This document shows, piece after piece, positions 9,964 through 19,374 of a DNA stretch of 64,000 nt (position 1 is the stretch's first letter; each line of letters opens with the position of its first letter). Position numbers and translations under genes: made by a program. The stretch covers positions 128,001 to 192,000 of the IMG/VR virus record IMGVR_UViG_3300034161_000018. One strand, 5' to 3'. Source of the DNA: a virus (lineage: Duplodnaviria > Caudoviricetes). The notes beneath the pieces are model-generated. The model was not told the DNA's origin. It did no database searches and saw nothing but the letters and a program-made list of their open reading frames with translations.

Positions 9964-10176
9964 CTACCTCGTTGTCCAACCGTAGGTCACGTACCAAATC
10001 ACGTAACACAAAATCGTAATCACGTAGTACATGACCAAAACAATTGTGATTGCCCAAGCGAAACTTGGAATCACCGTAGCGAGCCAAACATCAGGCCAGT
10101 GTCGGAACAGATACGCGAACACAATAAACGGAATCGACACAAGCGCATGGCAGTAAAACGGAGGACTGTAGAGCAT
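9964..10176 (-). CDS. small membrane protein (about two TM helices)
   Basis: 70 aa, almost entirely hydrophobic; fills the operon gap. Confidence 0.65.
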   Translation of the reverse strand: MLYSPPFYCHALVSIPFIVFAYLFRHWPDVWLATVIPSFAWAITIVLVMYYVITILCYVIWYVTYGWTTR

Positions 10177-10182
10177 GGCGCG

Positions 10183-10914
10183 TCACCGTTTCTTCGGATT
10201 GAGAATCGCCCGGATGTAACGAATCTCGAAAGACGAAACCATCAATTCTTTCGCAACGTCGTCCGGGTCGCCATCTTGTCGCAATGCCAGTCGGTAAAGT
10301 TCGGTGACTTCCGAACCAACGATTCCGAAAAGGCGCGTGCGTTGTTTTTCCGAAAGCGGTGACGTGTTGTTGAGTGCGTCGAGTCGCTTGTGCAATTTCG
10401 CTAGCGGCTCTTTCGTCACCATCCACTGGAACACCGCTTCCTTGATTGGCTTTTGGTGCGTGCTGTTGGGCAGCAAATAAATGTAGGTCATGAACTGGTT
10501 GAGGAAAGTCTTTTGCGCTTTCACTTCGTCCAGTGCCTGTTCCAACAAATCGGCTTGGTGTTCCATTTCTTGCAGATCAACGTCTTGCGGTTTCGGAAGT
10601 TCCGCAAGTTTGAACAGAGTCAACCCATCGAGATAAAGGGTTTCTGATCGTCCGTAATCTGCTCCAATGAGTCCCACTTTAAACAGACGCAGTGGATCGT
10701 CAAAAACATAAAATGTAGCATTGTCATAGCTTGGCCCCACGACTTGACGCTTGAGGTCGTTGTACGAAAGGAAAATCAGGTGTTCGTATCGGTTTCGTTT
10801 AGCCAGAGTTCCCCGGCGCTCGCAGATATGAATCGACGAGCGTGGGAATCCAGCGTTCTTTAGCAACTGCATAACTTCATCAGGTGCATGATTTCCGAAC
10901 GCGAGAACCTGCAT
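10183..10914 (-). CDS. hypothetical protein
   Basis: 243-aa ORF abutting both neighbours. Confidence 0.75.
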   Translation of the reverse strand: MQVLAFGNHAPDEVMQLLKNAGFPRSSIHICERRGTLAKRNRYEHLIFLSYNDLKRQVVGPSYDNATFYVFDDPLRLFKVGLIGADYGRSETLYLDGLTLFKLAELPKPQDVDLQEMEHQADLLEQALDEVKAQKTFLNQFMTYIYLLPNSTHQKPIKEAVFQWMVTKEPLAKLHKRLDALNNTSPLSEKQRTRLFGIVGSEVTELYRLALRQDGDPDDVAKELMVSSFEIRYIRAILNPKKR

Positions 10915-11274
10915 TTAGTTTTTCCCGATAAGGTCGCGCAGATTCTCGAAGCCGGTTACTTTCTTCGGCTTCTCGATAAGCTGGCCGTCTTGAATGTGCG
11001 CGTTGTTGGTATTGAGTTTGCTCAGGTGATGTTGCGAAACACGTTTCACCTTCGGTTCTTCCGTCGAGAAATATGCGGCGGTATCCATGTGAACGAAATG
11101 CGGCGTCATGCCACGCGCTTTCTTTTTCTTTGGTCGGCGCGATTCGGGACAAGCCAGAACGCCTTCGATTTGTGGGGCACGGTCGCAATCCGCTTCCGGC
11201 GCCTGATCTTGTGCTTTGCATTCTTCAACAAATGCGCTGGAGAAACGACGTTCTTTGAAAGTTACTTTGGTCAT
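10915..11274 (-). CDS. hypothetical basic protein
   Basis: ATGA overlap with sbcC stop gives start MTKVTFKERR. Confidence 0.7.
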   Translation of the reverse strand: MTKVTFKERRFSSAFVEECKAQDQAPEADCDRAPQIEGVLACPESRRPKKKKARGMTPHFVHMDTAAYFSTEEPKVKRVSQHHLSKLNTNNAHIQDGQLIEKPKKVTGFENLRDLIGKN

Positions 11275-13589
11275 GCGGCTTGCCCCTTCACGATCCGCGA
11301 TACGCCACCTTTTTTCACAATGGTGATGTAATCGCAATTCGAGTATGCGTGTTGTGATTTTGGCGTGATTAGGAAAACGTGTGGCACAAGTGTCCGAAGG
11401 AAAGGCAGATACCTTTCAATGAACAGGCCACGCGTCACGTCGTCCATGTGTGCATCCGGTTCGTCGAGCACAACAAAATTGGTGCGGCGATCATCTTTCA
11501 CCATCACCAGCGACGAAAGCATATAGAGCAAACGGAATGCGTCGGATTCCGCGCCGCTCAATTGGCGAATGTCGCTTATCTTGTTGTGGCCGCGATCCAC
11601 TTTTACGTGGACGCCATCATTTTTCGTTTCAACCGTAAACTTGAACGGCTCCGCGAAAATGAGTGTGGCAAAGCGATTGAGATTTCGCTCCAGTTGGTAA
11701 AGCACTTCCTGCGCGGCCTGTAGTTTCAGACCTTTGTTTCCGTAGGCATTAATCAGCGCTTTAAACATATCGCGCTTTTCAATGAACGGGCGCATGCCTT
11801 CCAACTTCACGTTGAGTTTTTTCGCTTGCTTGGTCAGCAGCTTGTACTCGGAACGCTTATTGCCCAAATCGGCAGTGATGCTAAACGCGTCACTGTATTC
11901 CGTTTCGACAGCACTGAGTTTCTTCTCAATCTTTTTCAACTTCGAGTCGATACCGTCGGCAGTTGGCGGTTCGTCGAATTCTTCTAAACGCTCTTGCAGG
12001 CGTTTGCATTCAGCGTGATACTCAAATTGCTTTTCCAGCTTTTCTTCGGTCAGGAACCGTGTACCCTTCGGCTCTTTCGGTTTCTTGATCGACTTGAGTT
12101 CTTCCGTCCATTCATCCCAACGCCGAGCATTCGCTTTGCGTTCTTCCAGTTCTTCAATCTTTCCTTTCGCGTGGTCGGTCTTGTCTTTCAACGCTTTGTA
12201 AACTGTCTCGCTGAAATCCAACTTCGCCAAAGCGTCTTTGATGCGTTTGCGTTCCACGTCGGCTTTGTGTTCGCGTACCAGTTCTTTCAGTTCGGCTTTA
12301 CGCTTCTTGGCACGCTGGATATTCTTTTTCAGTTTCGCAACGTCGATACCTTGCAGGCAGGTCGGGCATTTGCCGTCATCCGCGTGGTCATGCACAAGGT
12401 CTTCAAGGCTCAATGTGGAATTGAGAATCCCCATTTCTTCTTCAAAGATTTCCGCAACATCTTTGCCGGTCTTCTGTGCCAGCTTACGGAATTCTTTCAG
12501 GCCGACATTCTTACTTGGCTTCGGCAGTTCCTCGAAAGCTTCCATGAGTTCGGCATGCTTTCGGCGGCCCGCTTTCATTTCCTGCAAACGTTCTTGGTTC
12601 TTCTCGACCGCGTGTTTCGTTTTGCGCAGTTTCTCTTTGTCGTCGGCGTCAAATGAACATTCGCCGATTTCTTCCAGCTTGGCAGTCCAGCGTTTCACTT
12701 GCTTCTGGTACGTGACCAACTGTTCTTCGTATTTCTCGAAAGCACGCAGCAATTCGCGTTGCTCTTTCAGTTCCGACTTATCCCACCGCACTTTGTTTTT
12801 GGCTTTCTGGTACGCCTGTAACGTGGTGTTGTAGAAGTCGATTTGTTCTTTCGCAGCACGCAGCTTTGAAGCGTCGGCCTGTAAGCCTTTCACTTTCGAG
12901 GAAAGGCTGTTAACGATTTCGGTTGCAGCGTCGAGCTTTTCTTGTTTCTTCGCCGACCATTTCAACTTGTCGAGTGACTTGTTGATTTGAATCAGTTCGT
13001 TGGTCAGTACGTCGAATTCCGTCTTTGCGGTTTTAATGTCGCTCAGGCGTTTGTCGAAATACTTGCGCATTACGTCGAAGTGGTCGAGACGCCAAACCTT
13101 CGTGATGTACGCGAGTCGGCTGCGCGGTGTACCGATTTGGAAATCCAGTGGCCGCTGCGATTGCAGGTACACATAGGAATAGAATTCGTCTTCGGTCAGT
13201 GGGAAAATGCCTTGAATCATTTCCCGTTGCGCGGCCAGTCCCCGAACCTGTTGGTCAACACCATCTTTTTCGATGATGTATTTCGACGGCGTTTGAATTA
13301 CTTTCCATTCGTGACCGGCTGCGCGCACAGAGAACGTGGCTTCCGAACCAGTTCCCATAATGTCTTTGCGCACACGCTTTTGGGAAGCCAGCGGCGTGCT
13401 TTCGTACAGAATGTTTGGCAGAATGCTAAACGAAAGCGATTTACCGGCGCCGTTGTTTTGCTTTTTGCTAATACGCGAATCAAGGTTTTTGCCAGACACG
13501 ACAACCAAACCACAGTTGTCGGTATAGTCGATGGCACCTTCCTTGAAATACACCACGTTTTTAAGCGTGGCGCCGAGTGCTTCAATCAT
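11271..13589 (-). CDS. sbcC: SbcC/Rad50-like SMC ATPase
   Basis: Walker A NGAGKS, long coiled coil with Zn-hook CPTC, signature LSGAES, Walker B VVLDEPD. Confidence 0.93.
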   Translation of the reverse strand: MIEALGATLKNVVYFKEGAIDYTDNCGLVVVSGKNLDSRISKKQNNGAGKSLSFSILPNILYESTPLASQKRVRKDIMGTGSEATFSVRAAGHEWKVIQTPSKYIIEKDGVDQQVRGLAAQREMIQGIFPLTEDEFYSYVYLQSQRPLDFQIGTPRSRLAYITKVWRLDHFDVMRKYFDKRLSDIKTAKTEFDVLTNELIQINKSLDKLKWSAKKQEKLDAATEIVNSLSSKVKGLQADASKLRAAKEQIDFYNTTLQAYQKAKNKVRWDKSELKEQRELLRAFEKYEEQLVTYQKQVKRWTAKLEEIGECSFDADDKEKLRKTKHAVEKNQERLQEMKAGRRKHAELMEAFEELPKPSKNVGLKEFRKLAQKTGKDVAEIFEEEMGILNSTLSLEDLVHDHADDGKCPTCLQGIDVAKLKKNIQRAKKRKAELKELVREHKADVERKRIKDALAKLDFSETVYKALKDKTDHAKGKIEELEERKANARRWDEWTEELKSIKKPKEPKGTRFLTEEKLEKQFEYHAECKRLQERLEEFDEPPTADGIDSKLKKIEKKLSAVETEYSDAFSITADLGNKRSEYKLLTKQAKKLNVKLEGMRPFIEKRDMFKALINAYGNKGLKLQAAQEVLYQLERNLNRFATLIFAEPFKFTVETKNDGVHVKVDRGHNKISDIRQLSGAESDAFRLLYMLSSLVMVKDDRRTNFVVLDEPDAHMDDVTRGLFIERYLPFLRTLVPHVFLITPKSQHAYSNCDYITIVKKGGVSRIVKGQAA

Positions 13590-15483
13590 CGTTCATCCGT
13601 CGCTTGAGGTAGGCTTGAATTTCCGCAAGGACTGCACCAGCGTCACCGCCGATCAGACTTTCCAAACGGTTCAGAATTGGGAACCAGTTTTCATCTGGTT
13701 GCTCTACCATAGTCTTTACAGAAAATGATTTGTCGATTTCTTCGAGGATTGCCGCAAGCGTTACGTTCGCCAAACGGTAGCGGGCCGGGGCATCGCCGCA
13801 TTTCACCAGTTTGCGATTCTTGCAAAGCGCATTCATCGTCACGCCGAGGCCGGAAGGCGTGCGACCAAATGCGTTGGCGATTTCATTGATCGAAATGACA
13901 ACATCCGGGCCGGTAAACATCGCGAGGATTTCGTCGAGTTCGATAGTGCGCGAACGGCGGGCCGCACGGTTGTTTGGATCAAGCAATTTCCAAACCTTGT
14001 ATTTCTTTTGCGTGAGCTTGTACCCTTCTGGCAATTCTTCATCCGGGCAGCGAATGATTTTGCGGCGCTGATTCAGAATGCCGCAAGTGATGTGAATGTC
14101 TTTCGCCGGAATGTCTGGCATGTCCATCGCCAGCATGATTACGTCTTTGTTGCCCGATTCCAAATGACGCAGAATCTCGGAGCGCAAATACGTTTGCTGT
14201 TCTTCCGGAGTCATAATGTCGTATTGGGTAATCGTTACGCTCGCTTTGATTTCAACTGGGGCCGGGAACGTTTCGGCTTTGACTTTCAGCGTTGGTTCAA
14301 CTGGGGCGGTTTCCACAACTTTCGCAACACCGTCACCGACATAAACTTGCGACATTGGTTTTACGCCGTCGTCCGTCAACACCAGCGCTTGGCCCGGTTT
14401 GATTTCGATTGCGGATTTGGAAACTGGCAGCACAACGCTTTGTTCGCGAGTTGCCAACATCGAACCGCGCTCAACATTCACTTGCGAATGCGAAGGCAGA
14501 ATTTGTTTTGGCATTGAACCAGAAACTTCACGCAGGTACGCGGCGTTGGTCATGTACACAACCAATTGGCCGGGAATGCGGTCGCGCTCGCTGATAAGTT
14601 TCCGACGCACCATTTTGGAAAGCTTGGTTGCCAGACCAGAACCTTTGCGCCCGAAAAACTCGGTGATTTTCGCCATAGTGGCCGGGCCGTGGTTGGTGAG
14701 ATATTCCAGAATCATATCGTCATTGACCATCGGTTTGCCGCCCGGTGTCAGCGGAACAGGAATCGTGGAGCCGTAAACAGTTGCGGGTTTCGTTTCCACG
14801 GTGGCGGTTTCCTGTTCTTCTTTCGGTTGTTCAACGCCAAGGGACACACGCGCTTTTTGCAAAGTTTCCAGCGCGATTGGATTCAGGTTTGCCATTTCTT
14901 CTTCTTCCGGTTCCGGTTCTTCGTCCGGAGTGTCCGCGTCTTCGTCGGTTTCCGGTTCATCCTCGGTGCCTTCAATATCGTCGTCCGATTCTTCGGCTTC
15001 GATTTCAGCATCGAGTTCAGCTTGTTCGCGTTCCCACTGTTCAAGCCACCGAAGTTCTTCGGCGATTTGTTCTGTTACCGATTTTTCTACAATGGGTTCA
15101 GGTTTTGCCATTTGGTAAACAGGTTCTTCGCGTGGCGTCTCAAGCGTTTCCGCGAGTTTGCGTTGCAGCTTTGCTTCGCTGGTCAGCACGCCAGTTGTTT
15201 CTGCCGCGTGTGTCTGGCCCGGTTCATTGCGGCGCACAACGCGATATGGATTTTCAGCCGGTTGCAGAACGCGCGCAGGCTTAACGGGTTCTGGATTTTT
15301 GTTCACCAGATACAAACCGCCGTTCGACGAATTCTCAATAATGTAACCGTGCTTCAACAAATAGAACTTGGCATTTGCACCGTCTGCCGGGGCCAGCCCA
15401 CAAGCCCGACAGAGTGCGAAAATTGGGCGCCCTTGTTTCTTACGGATTTCGTTCATCAAAACCGTATGATTGGCTGGCAACAT
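13582..15483 (-). CDS. multi-winged-helix DNA-binding protein with acidic linker
   Basis: About four wHTH-like segments (e.g. ILEYLTNHGPATMAKITEFFG..; ILAMFTGPDVVISINEIANAFG..); D/E tract. Confidence 0.65.
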   Translation of the reverse strand: MLPANHTVLMNEIRKKQGRPIFALCRACGLAPADGANAKFYLLKHGYIIENSSNGGLYLVNKNPEPVKPARVLQPAENPYRVVRRNEPGQTHAAETTGVLTSEAKLQRKLAETLETPREEPVYQMAKPEPIVEKSVTEQIAEELRWLEQWEREQAELDAEIEAEESDDDIEGTEDEPETDEDADTPDEEPEPEEEEMANLNPIALETLQKARVSLGVEQPKEEQETATVETKPATVYGSTIPVPLTPGGKPMVNDDMILEYLTNHGPATMAKITEFFGRKGSGLATKLSKMVRRKLISERDRIPGQLVVYMTNAAYLREVSGSMPKQILPSHSQVNVERGSMLATREQSVVLPVSKSAIEIKPGQALVLTDDGVKPMSQVYVGDGVAKVVETAPVEPTLKVKAETFPAPVEIKASVTITQYDIMTPEEQQTYLRSEILRHLESGNKDVIMLAMDMPDIPAKDIHITCGILNQRRKIIRCPDEELPEGYKLTQKKYKVWKLLDPNNRAARRSRTIELDEILAMFTGPDVVISINEIANAFGRTPSGLGVTMNALCKNRKLVKCGDAPARYRLANVTLAAILEEIDKSFSVKTMVEQPDENWFPILNRLESLIGGDAGAVLAEIQAYLKRRMNDD

Positions 15484-15489
15484 TTTGCA

Positions 15490-16581
15490 TTATCCTTTTG
15501 CTTCGTTAATCAGGTTGCCCACTGCCGCGCTAAGCAAAACGTTTTCGTCGATTGATACGGAATTCATCCGCACTTCCGCTTCAACCAGTACCGACTGGAT
15601 AGCGATCAGGAACGACAAAGGAGTTTTGGTTTTCGGGAACTGGTCTTTGAAAAGGCGACCAGCATGGGGCGTGTAGTTTACGGTCTTGGTTTTAACGCCG
15701 ATCAGCCAATCAGTCAGCCACCGCGCTTTTGAAACCATACCGCGTGCATTCTTCGCTTGGCGAATTGCAGTGATTGCGCCGGTCAGGTCGGTTTCCAGAA
15801 TGGAGCCAACCATTTTACCAGCCGCTGTTTCCAAATCAACATCGCCGCTGGTGATGATTGCGGACAACGCTTTTTCGGAATCGAAATCTTTGCCGCTGGC
15901 GATTGCCAGTTGCAGGGATTCAACGTGGGAAATTGCTTCGCGCAAACTACCGGCAGAAACGTCGGTAATCAATTGCAGCGCAGCCTTGCCCTTCTTGCCA
16001 ATCAGCGGTTTGATTTCTTCCGCTTTGACGATTTCTTTCAGACGGGCCATCATTGGTTCCGGTTCGATACCGACCAGATTCAATTTCAGGCAACGACCTT
16101 TCAATGTCGTTTTCAGTTTCTCGCCGTCAGTGGTGCAGAAAATCCAAAGCGTTTTCTTCGCGCCTTGTTCAGCCGGGAGCAGCAACGCTTCCAAGCTGGC
16201 ACCAGTCAAGCGGTGCGTTTCGTCCACGATGATTACGCGTTTGCGAAACGACGGAGACACGCGTGAACTTGCAACGAGTTTTCGGATTGCGTCAATGCCG
16301 CCGTCCGTGCCCGCGTTGTGGACGATTACGTCCGGGTTCGATTCACCGAGCGAACACGAAACGCATTTTCCGCAAAGCGTTCCTTTCTCGCAGTTCAGTC
16401 GGTGGCCGATGATTTTTGCAATTGTGGTTTTGCCGCAACCGGTACTGCCAGATAGCAGAATCGACGTGGGGATTTTTTGCGTTTTAAACATCCCCTCGAC
16501 AATCGCTACCGCTGTGTCCTGTCCGTAAACTTCGTCCAGATTCTTTGGGCGGTAGCGAACTGCTAAAGTGTTTGCGTCCAT
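15490..16581 (-). CDS. dnaX: DNA polymerase III gamma/tau-like clamp loader (AAA+)
   Basis: LAVRYRPKNLDEVYGQ, GSTGCGKTT, Zn motif C..CGKCVSC, IVDETHRL. Confidence 0.9.
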   Translation of the reverse strand: MDANTLAVRYRPKNLDEVYGQDTAVAIVEGMFKTQKIPTSILLSGSTGCGKTTIAKIIGHRLNCEKGTLCGKCVSCSLGESNPDVIVHNAGTDGGIDAIRKLVASSRVSPSFRKRVIIVDETHRLTGASLEALLLPAEQGAKKTLWIFCTTDGEKLKTTLKGRCLKLNLVGIEPEPMMARLKEIVKAEEIKPLIGKKGKAALQLITDVSAGSLREAISHVESLQLAIASGKDFDSEKALSAIITSGDVDLETAAGKMVGSILETDLTGAITAIRQAKNARGMVSKARWLTDWLIGVKTKTVNYTPHAGRLFKDQFPKTKTPLSFLIAIQSVLVEAEVRMNSVSIDENVLLSAAVGNLINEAKG

Positions 16582-17108
16582 TGTTTATCCCATTCGTAAA
16601 ATGCGGCGGCGAACTTAATGACGAAATCGCGCATGCGCTTCTTGGTCTTCCAAGTGAAAGACAAAGGCCCATACCCTATTGAACCATTTACAGTTCCCGA
16701 CCGATAATGCTCAAGCACCAATTTGAAGAATTCAAACAGGCCGCTCAAGTCATAATACTTGCCGTTGAATTTGCCAAACTTCATCGACACACAAAGATCG
16801 CCGTGGACGAAAATGTAATTGTCGGTGGGTTTGGAGATTGGACTTTCCAAACTGCGATGGTGAGCTTCCGGAACGTGAATGGCGTAGGTGTGTTGGCCGT
16901 ACTTCACCGGCACACGTTCCGGAAGGTCTAAGATTTCATCGACGTATTCGTTATTGCAACGAACAAAAATCCCAGACTTCGCATTCGTCTCCGGATGCGG
17001 CAGCCATGTCCATTTATTGAAAAATGGCGCAGCCAAGCGTGGGTCTTTCAAAGCTGCGAACAGCGGCACATCGTCTACGTGATCGGATTGCAAAAAGTCT
17101 AGGGTCAT
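16563..17108 (-). CDS. hypothetical protein
   Basis: 181-aa ORF in operon. Confidence 0.7.
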   Translation of the reverse strand: MTLDFLQSDHVDDVPLFAALKDPRLAAPFFNKWTWLPHPETNAKSGIFVRCNNEYVDEILDLPERVPVKYGQHTYAIHVPEAHHRSLESPISKPTDNYIFVHGDLCVSMKFGKFNGKYYDLSGLFEFFKLVLEHYRSGTVNGSIGYGPLSFTWKTKKRMRDFVIKFAAAFYEWDKQWTQTL

Positions 17109-17112
17109 TGTT

Positions 17113-18411
17113 TTAGTTGCCGCGAATATGTTTTAGAGTCTTCTGCAACAACTTGTCGATCTTGCCGGGGAGCTTGTGACCAGTCAGACTGTGCGACAAA
17201 GCTTCGGCGAAGAATTCTTCGACTTTGGTTGCAGCGTATGCAGTAATGGGTTGATCGGATTCGGAAAGGCTGGCGCTGGTCGGCCAGATTTCGCCGAGCA
17301 CTTGCGAATTGTGCGTGAGCAGCAAGTTTACATCTTGCGGACTCAGCTTGTGGTGACGTTTCAGGTACACCAGAATTTCGCGGAAGATCGCCTTGTCTTC
17401 GTCGTCCAAATCTTTGTTGAACTCACGGATGCCGACTTGCGATTCAACCAAACGTTTCAGCATGCTTTCAAGTTGCGATTTCTTCGCCTTGTTAACATGC
17501 GTGTGTTCGTTGTACGAAACCAACCAGCGCGCCCGGAATTCGTCGCTCATTTTCCGGAACCAGAGTGCGTGCGAAACTTCGTGCAGCACAATGTACAGAT
17601 TGTATTTCGGGTCTTCCATCACTTGTGGGTGGAAGGTGATTTTGTCTTGTACGTCGTCGCCTTTCCGTTTGATCGAATAGGTGCCAGCGTATTTGCCTTT
17701 CTTGTTACGGACTTCCAAACGCTTGACCGGCAACACGCCGTCGAGTTTGTTTTCCTTGAGGACTTCCAGCGCTTTCGCCAGTGCCCACTTGAACGCTTTC
17801 TTTTCCGCTTTGTTCATTTTGCGGTAATAGAAAAGCTTGCCGAACTCGCTTTCGGTTTCGGAGCGCTGCGGCTCAACGTGAACACCGAAGGCCGTGCCGA
17901 TTTCCGGATCAGTACCGAGGCACGCAATCAGCGTTTTTTCGTCGTACTCGAAAACTTCTGGTTCTTCGCTATTCAGCGTTTCTTCCAGATAGCAGGCGTT
18001 GCGTTCCGGGTTGTGCGCAAAGCCGAGTTTGTATCGGGCGCCGACGCGAACAATAATGTAATTGTCTTTGCCGACGACGATTGGCAGCGTCACCTTTTCT
18101 TTCGACTGCGGAACGTATTCGTCTTTCAGGCGACCGGAAACGTCGATAACGGTATCGCCACCGCTGGATTTCTTTTTCTTCTTTTTGCTTGGCGGCGGCT
18201 CGACTTCTTTCTTCTTCGACTTCTTGCCGACTGCTTTGGCGAGAGCTTTCTGCAAACCCGGATCGTCTTCTGGTTCCGGCTTCGGTTTCTTTTTCTTCTT
18301 CGGCTTGTCGTCAGCCTTCACCACGTCTTTCGACTTTTTGGTTTTCTTCGGCTTGTCGTCATCCCACGGCAAATCAACGTCTTCCGTCTTTTTCGACTTC
18401 TTAGTTTTCAT
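17113..18411 (-). CDS. zincin-like metallopeptidase domain protein with Lys-rich N-tail
   Basis: HEVSH (HExxH) plus downstream YAATKVEEFFAE; ~90-aa K/D-rich N-terminus. Confidence 0.7.
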   Translation of the reverse strand: MKTKKSKKTEDVDLPWDDDKPKKTKKSKDVVKADDKPKKKKKPKPEPEDDPGLQKALAKAVGKKSKKKEVEPPPSKKKKKKSSGGDTVIDVSGRLKDEYVPQSKEKVTLPIVVGKDNYIIVRVGARYKLGFAHNPERNACYLEETLNSEEPEVFEYDEKTLIACLGTDPEIGTAFGVHVEPQRSETESEFGKLFYYRKMNKAEKKAFKWALAKALEVLKENKLDGVLPVKRLEVRNKKGKYAGTYSIKRKGDDVQDKITFHPQVMEDPKYNLYIVLHEVSHALWFRKMSDEFRARWLVSYNEHTHVNKAKKSQLESMLKRLVESQVGIREFNKDLDDEDKAIFREILVYLKRHHKLSPQDVNLLLTHNSQVLGEIWPTSASLSESDQPITAYAATKVEEFFAEALSHSLTGHKLPGKIDKLLQKTLKHIRGN

Positions 18412-18655
18412 TTCTGTTTTCCGCATCAACAGCATAACGCTGAACAAAGTATTGGATTGCCAATTCCTTTTCGCCGTGTGGTGCCAACGGCCCGTGCTCT
18501 TTGCAGTACGGGCAGCGAACCGCCGAACTTACTTGGCCGGGGTTCATGTTGGGAACCGGAAACACGTCGAAAAGATTTGGATGGAAAGTCTTGTGACAGT
18601 GAATGCACAGACACTTGATTCGGGCAGGCCCATTCGGGACTTGAGGCAACGGCAT
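18401..18655 (-). CDS. small zinc-ribbon protein
   Basis: CIHC...CPYC. Confidence 0.7.
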   Translation of the reverse strand: MPLPQVPNGPARIKCLCIHCHKTFHPNLFDVFPVPNMNPGQVSSAVRCPYCKEHGPLAPHGEKELAIQYFVQRYAVDAENRNEN

Positions 18656-18667
18656 TACAAAATCCTG

Positions 18668-19075
18668 TTACGCGCTGGTGCGGTGCGTTTGGTCAATGAA
18701 GCTAACGCTGGTCAAATCCAATTCGCGATGCACAACCATAATCGGTTTGCAGCCGTCATGGAAACGGAACTTGCGATCATTCGCCGGTTTCATTTTTTCG
18801 TACCACTCGGAAAGTGGCTTCGACCATTTGTTGCCGTTCTCGCCAACGTATTCAACCATCGGCGGATGTTTTGGATTTGTCGATTCCAGATTGTTGTAAC
18901 CGACGACCAGATACAGGTTGCCCTTGTAGTGTTCGTAAACAGTTGCAACCACTGGCAACGGAATCGGTGTCGCTTTGAAATCTGCCGATTCGTGAAATGC
19001 GGAACCAACGTGCGTTTCGATTGCGTCACGATTGAAGTTTTCCAAAATCGCGGCACTCAGTTTTGCGTCAATCAT
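18668..19075 (-). CDS. DUF1653-like domain protein
   Basis: YEHYKGNLYLVVG...MVEY...WSKPLSEW pattern. Confidence 0.7.
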   Translation of the reverse strand: MIDAKLSAAILENFNRDAIETHVGSAFHESADFKATPIPLPVVATVYEHYKGNLYLVVGYNNLESTNPKHPPMVEYVGENGNKWSKPLSEWYEKMKPANDRKFRFHDGCKPIMVVHRELDLTSVSFIDQTHRTSA

Positions 19076-19334
19076 CTTCGACCACCACTTCCTTTATATT
19101 GTGTTGGAGTTGGACAAGACGACGCAGCTTCGCAATTTCCGCTGCCATTGTCCGGATTGTCAGAACGGCATTACCCGATCCCGCCACTGGCAGAATCTTT
19201 TTGATTTCGTCGAGTTCTTCAAACATCGGTTGCATGTGTTCGATGTAATCAATCGAACTGCGGATACGTGCGACGGAACTGGCGCTGCCACTGATTTGAA
19301 CCAGCGACGTTCCCACTTGGAATTGTACTTGCAT
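19068..19334 (-). CDS. hypothetical protein
   Basis: 88 aa; AAACTGTAAA 30 nt upstream. Confidence 0.7.
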   Translation of the reverse strand: MQVQFQVGTSLVQISGSASSVARIRSSIDYIEHMQPMFEELDEIKKILPVAGSGNAVLTIRTMAAEIAKLRRLVQLQHNIKEVVVEDD

Positions 19335-19364
19335 TGGCAGATGCTCGTTAGTTGTTTCCTTTGT

Positions 19365-19374
19365 TTTACAGTTT
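19365..19374 (-). promoter_or_regulatory. AAACTGTAAA putative phage-sigma promoter motif
   Basis: Exact copy of the recurrent 10-mer, overlapping the TnpB-like stop codon. Confidence 0.65.
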
